From the NCBI GenBank assembly GCA_009839745.1, contig VXPE01000117.1:6059-70058 (forward strand): a DNA stretch of 64,000 nt, read 5' to 3'. Shown one piece after another: positions 1 through 8,177 of the stretch; the first letter of the stretch is position 1; every line of letters begins with the position of its first letter. This DNA is from Candidatus Poribacteria bacterium. Its GTDB lineage: Bacteria > Poribacteria > WGA-4E > WGA-3G. The notes under the pieces were generated by a model. That model was not told the DNA's origin. It ran no database searches and saw only the letters and a program-made list of their open reading frames with translations. Position numbers and translations under genes: made by a program.

Positions 1-321
1 AGACAATTCTTAAAATCCGCGTCATCCGTCTAATCCGTGGTAATCCGTGATTCAGACAGACAATAGGCAATAAGACTTACGCCGAGTCCTCTTTTATAGC
101 ATAAAACGCATGTTCAAACGATTCATGTTCGGATACAAAAAAAGTTACACTTTTCACCAAATTATTTTTTTCCCAACAGAGAATCGCGACCGAGAAAAAC
201 ACAAGAACCCCACGTATCTACTGGGTTCTCAACCGAAAACCTGCACCGAAATGCCAATTTAAAAATGTTATAAAAACGTAACATTTTTGAGGAATCAGGC
301 GTCGGGATTCGGAGTTCCCTC

Positions 322-1782
322 CTACAAATCATCTAACGGAAATACCGGGCGGCGGATGTCGTGGTATTCAAAATGTAGCGGGTTCACGGCAGTCAAGCCG
401 GGTGTGTCTACCTCGATAATCTGTCCTGCGATGGGTTCGTAGGCGGCACGATAGGCGACAGCGGCTTTGACGACGATCATCCGCATCTCCGTCGGATCGA
501 TGCCGAGACTGTAGAGCTGCTGGAGACTAAACGGGGTCTGTCGCCGACTCGTCAAGACAACCAGAGAATCCCCCACTGCCACGACAGTCGTTAATCCCTG
601 ATCGTGGTATCTCACGCCACCGTGCCGAGGTTGCGTTTCTATGTACTGACCGTCATGGATAAGCCGGACAGTGCCGCGAATCGGGACGGGATCGCCATGC
701 AGGTCGTCCGCTTTCCCACCCACTTCGAGGGAAACCGTCCCACCGACACCCGTCTGAATGCACGTTTGGACAGCCTCTGGATCGTAGACGACCACAACGA
801 ATCCGGAGGCGTTCTGCTGGATCAATTCCGTTAAGATGAAGGTGCTATCCCCAGGTGAACCACCACCGATGTTATCCCCCATTTCAACAAGAATAACGGG
901 AGGACTTTCAGATTGGATGGCTTGCTCGACCGCCTGCGCAGCATCGGGGAGATCGAGTGTGAGGTGTCCACGGACATCCCAGAGCATATCGGATAACCGA
1001 TTTGCTTCACGTTGCGCGAGTTCTGGATCGTCATCCGTAACGACAACAAAAGCGGGGCCAGCCTCATGGACATCGGCATACGGATACCCCACGGCGACGT
1101 TTCCGACAAGGATATTCGGATCTTCTTCTAACTGCTTCGCGGCGTTGAGAATAGGCGCCATCGGTGGGACGCTGGTGACATGATACAGGATATTGAGGAG
1201 CATCGGGGGTTTGGCGAGTGCTTGTGTCGGTGTAATCCCTTCTCGGAGTATCCGCATCATCAATTCCGCTGCCTGTAGTCCACGTTGGCGTTGATCGATG
1301 TGGGGCGTTGTCTTATAAATCACGAGTGCCGTCGATTCGGTGACCATCTGCTCGGAGACGTTGGCGTGCTGATCAAGCGTAACAACGATCGGTAAGTCGT
1401 AACCCAATGCATCGCGAAGTCGTCGTAAAACCTCACCATCACCATCGGGATAACTTTCAACGACCATCGCGCCGTGCAGAGCGAGGAGGATCCCTTCATG
1501 TTTCGGCGCGGCTTTGAGGTGCTGGATCAACATCTCGGTCATGCGGTCGAAGACATCGTCTGTTACTGGGCCTGCGGGCATTGCAGTCGCCATGAACGTC
1601 GGATAAATCGTATAATCGTACTGCGTCGCGCCTTGAATAAATCCACTTATTTCGTGATGTGCTTCTCCCCAGGTTTTTATTATATTATTCGCATGGGTTT
1701 GAGAGAACGCAGCAGCATCGGTGGGGGTGCCGCTAAATGTGTTGGATTCGTGCATGATTCCGGCGATAGCAAGTGTTGTCAT
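322..1782 (-). CDS. M81 family metallopeptidase (MlrC-like)
   Basis: 486-aa ORF. The N-terminus MTTLAIAGIMHESNTFS and the overall length and architecture match the MlrC/DUF1485 family as I recall it. Confidence 0.75.
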   Translation of the reverse strand: MTTLAIAGIMHESNTFSGTPTDAAAFSQTHANNIIKTWGEAHHEISGFIQGATQYDYTIYPTFMATAMPAGPVTDDVFDRMTEMLIQHLKAAPKHEGILLALHGAMVVESYPDGDGEVLRRLRDALGYDLPIVVTLDQHANVSEQMVTESTALVIYKTTPHIDQRQRGLQAAELMMRILREGITPTQALAKPPMLLNILYHVTSVPPMAPILNAAKQLEEDPNILVGNVAVGYPYADVHEAGPAFVVVTDDDPELAQREANRLSDMLWDVRGHLTLDLPDAAQAVEQAIQSESPPVILVEMGDNIGGGSPGDSTFILTELIQQNASGFVVVVYDPEAVQTCIQTGVGGTVSLEVGGKADDLHGDPVPIRGTVRLIHDGQYIETQPRHGGVRYHDQGLTTVVAVGDSLVVLTSRRQTPFSLQQLYSLGIDPTEMRMIVVKAAVAYRAAYEPIAGQIIEVDTPGLTAVNPLHFEYHDIRRPVFPLDDL

Positions 1783-1796
1783 GATGTTACCTCAAT

Positions 1797-2030
1797 TGGG
1801 TGTAGGTTATGGGTTATAAGTTATTGGTTCTTACTAGCTCTGATACGCTTTAGTAGAGCGATAAGCATTTTCTTCACGCGATAAGTTTCTGAAATTCTGC
1901 AATATATGTTCCTTTTTAGTTGTTGGTTTATGGTTATAAGTTAAGAGTGCTTGTGTCGTGCTAAACCTTCCCAACTGCTATAAGGCCTAACTTACAACTT
2001 ATAACCTATAACTTATAACCCAAATCACCC
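1797..2030. repeat. Inverted arrays of GGTTATN-type heptamers with an AGTTAAGAG core (intergenic element, copy A)
   Basis: Left arm gggtgtaggttatgggttataagttattggttc. Right arm cttacaacttataacctataacttataacccaaatcaccc is its approximate reverse complement. Centre contains gttataagttaagag. Confidence 0.7.
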
Positions 2031-2039
2031 AAAAAAGTC

Positions 2040-2069
2040 TTGACGGATACAGTGGAAATAGTGTATCAT
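2040..2069 (+). promoter_or_regulatory. Possible sigma-70 promoter for the HD-domain gene
   Basis: TTGACG at 2040-2045, an 18-nt spacer ending in TG, then TATCAT at 2064-2069, about 58 nt upstream of the start at 2128. Confidence 0.35.
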
Positions 2070-2127
2070 TTAACAATCTTTAAGTCTCTTATTTTTTACC
2101 GGCACGATAAGACAATTACAAGCACGA

Positions 2128-2841
2128 TTGGAAAGCATGACGCAGAACGGTACCCGCAAAAACCAAATCGAAGAAGCCATAGAAGTCGCCGCTGAAGCCC
2201 ATCAAGGGCAATATCGGAAAGGCACGCGCACGCCCTATATCACACACCCCTACGCCGTCGGTCTTATTTTAATGGAAGCAGGATGCACCGAAGCCGTGAT
2301 TATTGGCGGTATCCTGCACGACACCGTTGAAGACACCGATCTGACGCTGGAATTCATTCGGGAACGCTTTGGTGATTCTATCGCAGCCATCGTTGACGGG
2401 TGTTCGGAGAACAAAGCGTTGCGATGGCGAGCACGCAAGACCGAACGGATTGAGGCGTTACGCACTGCAAGCCCCGAAGTTTGCACCGTAACATGTGCCG
2501 ACAAACTCCATAACCTACGCACTATTATTTCAGAATATGATGTCATCGGCGATGCCGTCTGGGAGCGGTTCCACGGCGGGGTTGAGGATCAGGCGTGGTA
2601 TTACCGCAGTATCCTCGGTGCCATCGCTGATCGAGACGCATCTTTACAAAAAAGTGTCGTCCGTGCTAAACTGTCTAAACACGACAGCGATGTGAACACC
2701 GAATCCGATGGAAATGACCCCGTGCCTCAACAAGCGTCCGAGGCTCGGAAGACACCCGCAGCAATAGAGGCTGTGAATCCTCAACTCTTTCACCAGTTTC
2801 AGCAGGCTGTAGCATACCTATTTGAAGGAGAGACTCAATGA
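2128..2841 (+). CDS. HD-domain phosphohydrolase, RelA/SpoT-type (p)ppGpp hydrolase-like
   Basis: AHQGQYRKGTRTPYITHPYAVGLILMEAG...IGGILHDTVEDTDL matches the SpoT/Mesh1 HD hydrolase signature (HP...HD..ED). There is no synthetase domain. Confidence 0.75.
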   Translation: MESMTQNGTRKNQIEEAIEVAAEAHQGQYRKGTRTPYITHPYAVGLILMEAGCTEAVIIGGILHDTVEDTDLTLEFIRERFGDSIAAIVDGCSENKALRWRARKTERIEALRTASPEVCTVTCADKLHNLRTIISEYDVIGDAVWERFHGGVEDQAWYYRSILGAIADRDASLQKSVVRAKLSKHDSDVNTESDGNDPVPQQASEARKTPAAIEAVNPQLFHQFQQAVAYLFEGETQ

Positions 2842-3749
2842 AAATTGCCTACGCTTTTAGACGATGTGCCTCGTATCCCTACAACGGTGGCGAGTTACCC
2901 ACCGATGCAACAGATCGACGACGATTTTTGGATCATGCCAAAGCGATTGGGTTCGACGGGATTGAACTTCCCGCGATGAACCTCCCTGAAGCCGAAACCA
3001 AGGCCCTCCGTTTGGAGCTTGAAGGTGCCGGTATGCCATGCGTTGCGATCCGTGGCGGTGGTGGTGCCGCGCACCCGCGTGTTGCTGCTGCGAACAAGCA
3101 AAGTATGATAAACGCTGTGAATTTCGCCGCGAATGTCGGTGCCGGCGTTGTGAATTCCACGGTTACCACGCCACCCCGCGACCCGAACGGTAAAGGCACG
3201 TATCGGGGTGAATCCGTCTCGCAAGGGTCAAGCCGTCTCGCGAGTGCCGTGGATTATGAACGCACTGCGAAAGCCGTCAGCGAAGTCGCTGGTATCGCCG
3301 CGGATCAAGGGGTAGAGATCTCCATAGAAATCCATCAAAACTCGATTGTGGATAACAGTTGGTCGGCATTGCATCTGTTAGAATTAATCGATGCACCCAA
3401 TGTGGGTGTGAACCCGGACTTAGGCAACATCTATTGGACTTACGATATTCCAGAGGAATCATGCGAAGATGCGATCGTCGCGCTTGCGCAACACGTCAAC
3501 TATTGGCATTGCAAGAGTCTCTATCGTGTGCATATCCCGAATCTGGAAACCGCTATCTACGTCCAAGCCCCGTTGCCTGACGGTGAAATCGACTACCGCT
3601 TCGCGATTGCGGCGTTGTTAGAGGTCAACTACGAAGGGTATCTGGCAATCGAAGGGATACGCGACGGCGACCAGTTCCACCAAGATGGTCGGAGTGTGGC
3701 GTATGTGAAATCTGTTTTGTCGGAGCTGACCGAACCCGTTAGGGGATAG
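2838..3749 (+). CDS. Sugar phosphate isomerase/epimerase (xylose isomerase-like TIM barrel)
   Basis: 303-aa ORF overlapping the upstream stop by 4 nt (ATGA). IGFDGIELP...ISIEIHQNS...NPDLGN...YLAIEG pattern is typical of the AP_endonuc_2 / TIM-barrel family. Confidence 0.65.
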   Translation: MKIAYAFRRCASYPYNGGELPTDATDRRRFLDHAKAIGFDGIELPAMNLPEAETKALRLELEGAGMPCVAIRGGGGAAHPRVAAANKQSMINAVNFAANVGAGVVNSTVTTPPRDPNGKGTYRGESVSQGSSRLASAVDYERTAKAVSEVAGIAADQGVEISIEIHQNSIVDNSWSALHLLELIDAPNVGVNPDLGNIYWTYDIPEESCEDAIVALAQHVNYWHCKSLYRVHIPNLETAIYVQAPLPDGEIDYRFAIAALLEVNYEGYLAIEGIRDGDQFHQDGRSVAYVKSVLSELTEPVRG

Positions 3750-3757
3750 TAAAAAAA

Positions 3758-4801
3758 ATGACAGAAGAGAAAATCCGGCTCACCGCGACCGTCAAATGTG
3801 CCGGGTGAGCGTCAAAACTCGCTCCGGGTGAGCTTGCACACATTTTAGGGAAAATCCCGAAATCTACGGATCCGAACCTACTTGTCGGGACTGAAACCTC
3901 CGATGATGCCGGGATCTATCGTATTTCTGAGGAACTCGCGCTCGTTAACACGGTGGACTATTTCACGCCTATCGTGGACGACCCGTATACCTTCGGTGCA
4001 ATCGCTGCGACGAACTCGTTGAGTGATGTCTACAGCATGGGCGGCGTGCCGAAAACCGCGTTGAACATCACGTGTTGGCCCAAGGCTGATTTGGACCTGT
4101 CTATCCTCGGCGACATCGTCCAAGGCGGGACCGAAAAGGCTATTGAAGCGGGCGCAGCACTTGTGGGAGGGCATACCGTGGATGCCCCAGAGTTGATGTA
4201 TGGACTCGCGGTCACGGGGATCGTGCATCCGGAGAAATTCGTCAAGAACTACGGGGCGCGTCCGGGTGAAGTGCTTATCCTCACGAAAAACCTCGGTATC
4301 GGTATTCTCACCACAGGGCTGAAATTCGATAAAATCAGCGATGCCGTCTTACCACAACTCGTTGAATCCATGACTCGACTCAATGCCTCCGCAGCATCTG
4401 TCATGCTGAAGCACGGGGCGAGTGCGTGCACAGATGTTACAGGATACGGCTTGCTGGGGCATGCCTCGGAGATGGCAGCCGGTAACGATGTTCGCCTCAA
4501 GATTGATAGCAGTGCAGTGCCATACTTCGCCGATGCCCCCGCACTCGTTGCCCAAGACACTTACACGCAAGCCTACCTTGCGAATATGTCGTTCCTCGTC
4601 GATAAGGTTACCTTCCACACGGAGAGTGAGGCGATGCGGCATATTTTGATGGAGGCGGAAACGTCTGGCGGTCTGTTATTCTCACTTCCTGCCGAGAACG
4701 CCGATGCCGCGATAGCCGACCTCCATGCCGCGGATTGCCCAGAGGCAGCTGTTATCGGGGAAGTGGTGGCGGAGGATACCGCGCATATTGAAGTGTTTTA
4801 A
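3758..4801 (+). CDS. selD: Selenide, water dikinase SelD, selenocysteine-containing (UGA 3806-3808 recoded)
   Basis: Track ORF 3953..4801 (DYFTPIVDDPYTFGAIAATNSLSDVYSMGG, AIR-synthase fold) is N-terminally truncated. The same frame is open back to ATG 3758 with a single TGA. This gives MTEEKIRLTATVKCAG-U-ASKLAPGEL...LLVGTETSDDAGIYRI, so the TGA sits in the N-terminal Gly-rich loop where SelD carries the catalytic Cys/Sec. Confidence 0.85.
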
Positions 4802-4802
4802 T

Positions 4803-5012
4803 GGTTGTCAGTTATCGGTTCGGTTTTTCTCCGAAAAACCTTTAGGTTGTAAGTTAAGAGGTTATCGTTTAGTGAGAGACTCTTAACTTATAACCAATAA
4901 CCAATAACTTAAAGCGAGCGCAGCGAACGTACCTACAACCGAAAGTGGAGCGAAGCGGAACACACCGACAACCATTCTTCCGACAACTGGCAACCGGTAA
5001 CTGGTAACTATA
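4803..5012. repeat. Heptamer-array inverted-repeat element (copy B) with an internal hairpin
   Basis: ggttgtcagttatcggttcgg ... aagttaagag / ctcttaacttataaccaataaccaataactt ... ccgacaactggcaaccggtaactggtaac. Begins at the selD stop codon (TTTTAATGGTT). Confidence 0.7.
4822..4843 (+). terminator. Possible intrinsic terminator after selD
   Basis: 8-bp stem ggtttttc/gaaaaacc with loop tcc, followed by ttt. Confidence 0.4.
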
Positions 5013-5016
5013 AAAT

Positions 5017-5532
5017 ATGACAAAAACAGAACTTGCGGAACAGATACACGCGGTTTCATATCTTACAGGTGAATTCGTGCTCCGCTCAGGAAATATCAGC
5101 AACTTCTATTGGGACAAATACCGGTTCGAAAGCGATCCGAGACTTCTCACTGCGATTGCTGCAGAGATGGCGAAACTCCTACCGGTTTCCGAATGTGACG
5201 GTTTAGCAGGTTTAGAATTGGGGGGTGTCCCACTCGCAACTGCCCTCTCGTTGCAAACCGGAGTGCCCTGTTTTTACGTGCGGAAGGAAGCAAAAACGTA
5301 TGGCACTTGTAATCTTATTGAAGGTGGCGTTAAGGAAGGCAGCAAACTTGTTGTGATAGAAGATGTAATTACGACTGCGGGACAGGTCTGCACATCGATT
5401 GAACAGATCCGAGCAGCGGGATATACGGTGGAACACGTTATAGCAGCCATTGATCGCCAAGCAGGGGGCGCGGCGAAAATTAATGAGATCGGGTGTTCGT
5501 TCGCAGCCGTTTTTACGCTTGCGGATTTTTAA
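5017..5532 (+). CDS. pyrE: Orotate phosphoribosyltransferase
   Basis: 171 aa. The PRPP-binding motif KLVVIEDVITTAG and an N-terminal region typical of short PyrE (FVLRSGNISNFYWDKY). Confidence 0.85.
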   Translation: MTKTELAEQIHAVSYLTGEFVLRSGNISNFYWDKYRFESDPRLLTAIAAEMAKLLPVSECDGLAGLELGGVPLATALSLQTGVPCFYVRKEAKTYGTCNLIEGGVKEGSKLVVIEDVITTAGQVCTSIEQIRAAGYTVEHVIAAIDRQAGGAAKINEIGCSFAAVFTLADF

Positions 5533-5721
5533 TTTTACCTTGTGGTTCGGTCAGGTGGGTTTGATGCATAAAGGGTCTTTCCGTATATCCGCCTGCGCCG
5601 ATGTTGCAGGCTACGGGTTTGTTTAAAGGGCGCATAGCCCGTAATGAAATGGAGGGCGGATATACGGAAAGGAACGTCAAATTTGAGATCGACCTGACCG
5701 AACCGCAGGGAACATTAAAAA
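5527..5721. mobile_element. MITE-like palindromic element, full copy (family TTTTAATTTTACCTTGYGG...CCGCCTGCG...TTGCAGGCTAC)
   Basis: Left end ttttaattttaccttgtggttcggtcagg pairs with right end cctgaccgaaccgcagggaacattaaaaa. Inner arms ctttccgtatatccgcc / ggcggatatacggaaag. The element fills the whole pyrE-ymdB spacer, touching the TAA of pyrE and sitting 1 nt from the ATG at 5723. Confidence 0.75.
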
Positions 5722-5722
5722 T

Positions 5723-6499
5723 ATGAAAATATTGTTTATCGGGGATATAGTTGGCAGACCGGGCAGATCAGCAACAGTGAGGTTTTTGGAAGAACATCGT
5801 CACAAATACGACTTTATCGTTGCAAATGGAGAGAATACAGCTGGGGGGAAAGGGTTAACGTTTGACATCGTTGACCAACTTTTGGCTTCCGGGGTTGCCG
5901 CGATTACAACTGGAAACCATGTCTGGGATAACAGAGATATTTTCCACTTTATAGATACAACGCCGCAATTGATACGTCCTGCGAACTATCCGACCGAGGT
6001 CGCTGGGCGAGGTGTAACCATCGTTACATCCAATGACGGAGAAACGCAACTCGGTGTTATCAATCTCGCCGGACAAATTTTCATGAATCCTTACACCAAC
6101 CCGTTTCATGCGCTCAATTCGATTTTACCTGAAGTGAAAGCGGTGACCCCCTATATCCTCCTCGACTTTCATGCGGAGGCGACCTCTGAAAAGATTGCGA
6201 TGGGCTGGCACGCAGATGGCAGAGTAGGGGCAGTGGTCGGCACGCATACGCACGTTCAGACAGCAGATGCCCGCGTCCTGCCACAAGGCACGGCTTACAT
6301 TACAGATGTCGGCATGACGGGACCCTATGACTCGGTGATTGGCACAAGAATTGACGATGCGCTGGAACGGTTTCTGACGATGATGCCCACCCGATTCACT
6401 GTCGCTTCAAAGAACGTCAAACTCTGCGGTGCCGAGATAGAACTCGACGCAGAAACGGGGTTGGCAGTGAGTATCGTGCCGTTGCAAGCGCAATATTAA
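5723..6499 (+). CDS. ymdB: YmdB-like metallophosphoesterase (TIGR00282 family 2',3'-cyclic-nucleotide phosphodiesterase)
   Basis: MKILFIGDIVGRPGR...ANGENTAGGKG...GNHVWD...DFHAEATSEK is the characteristic YmdB motif series. Confidence 0.85.
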   Translation: MKILFIGDIVGRPGRSATVRFLEEHRHKYDFIVANGENTAGGKGLTFDIVDQLLASGVAAITTGNHVWDNRDIFHFIDTTPQLIRPANYPTEVAGRGVTIVTSNDGETQLGVINLAGQIFMNPYTNPFHALNSILPEVKAVTPYILLDFHAEATSEKIAMGWHADGRVGAVVGTHTHVQTADARVLPQGTAYITDVGMTGPYDSVIGTRIDDALERFLTMMPTRFTVASKNVKLCGAEIELDAETGLAVSIVPLQAQY

Positions 6500-7729
6500 T
6501 TGAAAACTATTATGCAATTAGAAATACCCATGGCAACACGGACTGTTCACAGTGTCAGTGAAATAACAGATCTGTTGAAAAATCTGATAGAACAGCAGCC
6601 ACACCTGCAAAATGTATGGGTTCAGGGACAGGTGTCGAATTACAGTCGATCTGGTGCTGGGCATATCTACTTCACGCTCAAGGATGACAGAAGCCAAATC
6701 CAAGTTATTATGTTTCGGAGCAGTGCCGCAGGTCTCAGATTTGTGCTGAAGGACGGGGAAGAGGTGCTCGTGCAAGGGCGACTGAATCTTTATCCTGCCA
6801 GAGGACAGTATCAGATTAACGCCAATAAGGTAGAACCGCTTGGGATTGGCGCGTTGCAAAGAGCCTTTGAAGATTTGAAACAGCAGCTGGCAGATGAAGG
6901 GTTGTTTGCGGAACATCACAAAAAACCGTTGCCGGTCTTCCCCTTAAAAATCGGCGTGATAACGTCTGCGACGGGAGCGGCGTTTCAGGATATCTGTCAA
7001 CAACTTCGTAAACGGTATCCATTAGCTGAAGTGTTCCTACACCCGACGCTTGTTCAAGGCGATGGCGCGGCAGAAGGGATCGTCCATGCGCTACAAGCGA
7101 TGAACCAACGGGGCGACATAGATGTGTTAATTGTGGGGCGCGGTGGGGGTTCCATTGAGGATCTCTGGGCGTTCAACGAGGAAGTCGTTGCGCGTGCGAT
7201 TTTCGCGTCTGCAATACCAGTGGTTTCCGCTGTCGGGCATGAAACAGATTTTACCATCGCCGATATGGTGGCGGATCACCGGGCACCGACCCCTTCGGCA
7301 GCAGTTGAACATATCGTTCCAGATCAGGGTGAACTTCTCACACAATTGAAGGGATACGACACCTGGCTGCGTAGAATCATAAATGACCGATTTGACACAC
7401 TCAAAACACGGCTCCAAGACCTTGAGACACGGTTCTCACCGACACGGCGAAAGGACGCAATTTATCAACTTCACCAAACATTAGATACTTTGGACCTTGC
7501 GTGTCGGAGTGCTGTAGGACAGAAACTCGCTAATGGTGAACGCGATCTTCACACATTTGCGCAACGCTTAAACGCACTGAGTCCGTTAGCCACGTTGAAA
7601 CGGGGGTATAGTATCAGTCGGAAAACAGATGGAGCGGTACTCACCTCGGCTGAACAGGTGTCGATAGGCGATAGGGTGGAGATTCAACTCGCGGATGGAC
7701 ATCTCGCCTGCCGCGTTGAGGATTTTTAA
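6500..7729 (+). CDS. xseA: Exodeoxyribonuclease VII large subunit
   Basis: SVSEITDLLKNLIE...VWVQGQVSNY (OB fold) and a catalytic core with GRGGGSIEDLWAFNEE. The true start may be ATG 6512 or 6530. Confidence 0.9.
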   Translation: MKTIMQLEIPMATRTVHSVSEITDLLKNLIEQQPHLQNVWVQGQVSNYSRSGAGHIYFTLKDDRSQIQVIMFRSSAAGLRFVLKDGEEVLVQGRLNLYPARGQYQINANKVEPLGIGALQRAFEDLKQQLADEGLFAEHHKKPLPVFPLKIGVITSATGAAFQDICQQLRKRYPLAEVFLHPTLVQGDGAAEGIVHALQAMNQRGDIDVLIVGRGGGSIEDLWAFNEEVVARAIFASAIPVVSAVGHETDFTIADMVADHRAPTPSAAVEHIVPDQGELLTQLKGYDTWLRRIINDRFDTLKTRLQDLETRFSPTRRKDAIYQLHQTLDTLDLACRSAVGQKLANGERDLHTFAQRLNALSPLATLKRGYSISRKTDGAVLTSAEQVSIGDRVEIQLADGHLACRVEDF

Positions 7730-7754
7730 ACTATTAAATCTGGGCATCGTTCCA
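7724..7754. repeat. 32-nt repeat TTTTAAnnnATTAAATCTGGnCATYGTTCYA, orphan copy
   Basis: ttttaaactattaaatctgggcatcgttcca directly after the xseA stop. Near-identical copies at 39120-39152 and 40847-40877 carry the start codons of minus-strand ABC genes. Confidence 0.7.
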
Positions 7755-7847
7755 CTACGTTCCACGATGGTATCTGGTTAAGTCTGAAGGATGCCAGCGA
7801 ATCCGCTCCGCGTAAATTGGTGCCTAAAAAGGAGTCCATAGTAAAAG

Positions 7848-8033
7848 ATGACATTTGAAGAAAAACTTAAAAAACTCACACAAATTGTTGAACACCTTGA
7901 AGAGGGGAACGAATTACCGCTTGAGGATTCCCTTAAACTCTTTGAAGAAGGCATCGGTTTGATCTCATCGTGTAGACAGATGCTCGAAAGTGCTGAACAG
8001 CGGGTAGAAAACGTTCTCAAAACAGATTCTTAA
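7848..8033 (+). CDS. xseB: Exodeoxyribonuclease VII small subunit
   Basis: 61 aa, MTFEEKLKKLTQIVEHLEEGNELPLEDSLKLFEEGIGL: canonical XseB helical hairpin sequence, adjacent to xseA. Confidence 0.85.
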   Translation: MTFEEKLKKLTQIVEHLEEGNELPLEDSLKLFEEGIGLISSCRQMLESAEQRVENVLKTDS

Positions 8034-8046
8034 CGATTGCGTCTGA

Positions 8047-8071
8047 GCTGCTGCGTCCGTTGTCCTTGCAG
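8047..8071. repeat. 25-nt exact repeat GCTGCTGCGTCCGTTGTCCTTGCAG (copy 1)
   Basis: Identical 25-mer at 37972-37996, same orientation, both intergenic. Confidence 0.8.
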
Positions 8072-8177
8072 ATTTATAATCGTTGAGAAATTTTTTCAAA
8101 CCTAAAACTGGTTCTTTAACCAATTTTATATCGGTGTTGACAACGGAAACACCGACCAGAAGCCCGTAGTTAAAAAT

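Noticed and set aside
4803-5012. Heptamer arrays as possible CRISPR arrays
   Set aside because: The repeat unit is only 7 nt with no unique spacers, the arms are inverted rather than direct, and no cas genes are present.
7574-7757. 52-codon antisense ORF headed by the orphan 32-nt repeat copy
   Set aside because: It lies entirely within the 3' end of xseA on the opposite strand and shows no similarity beyond the repeat-derived first 8 codons.
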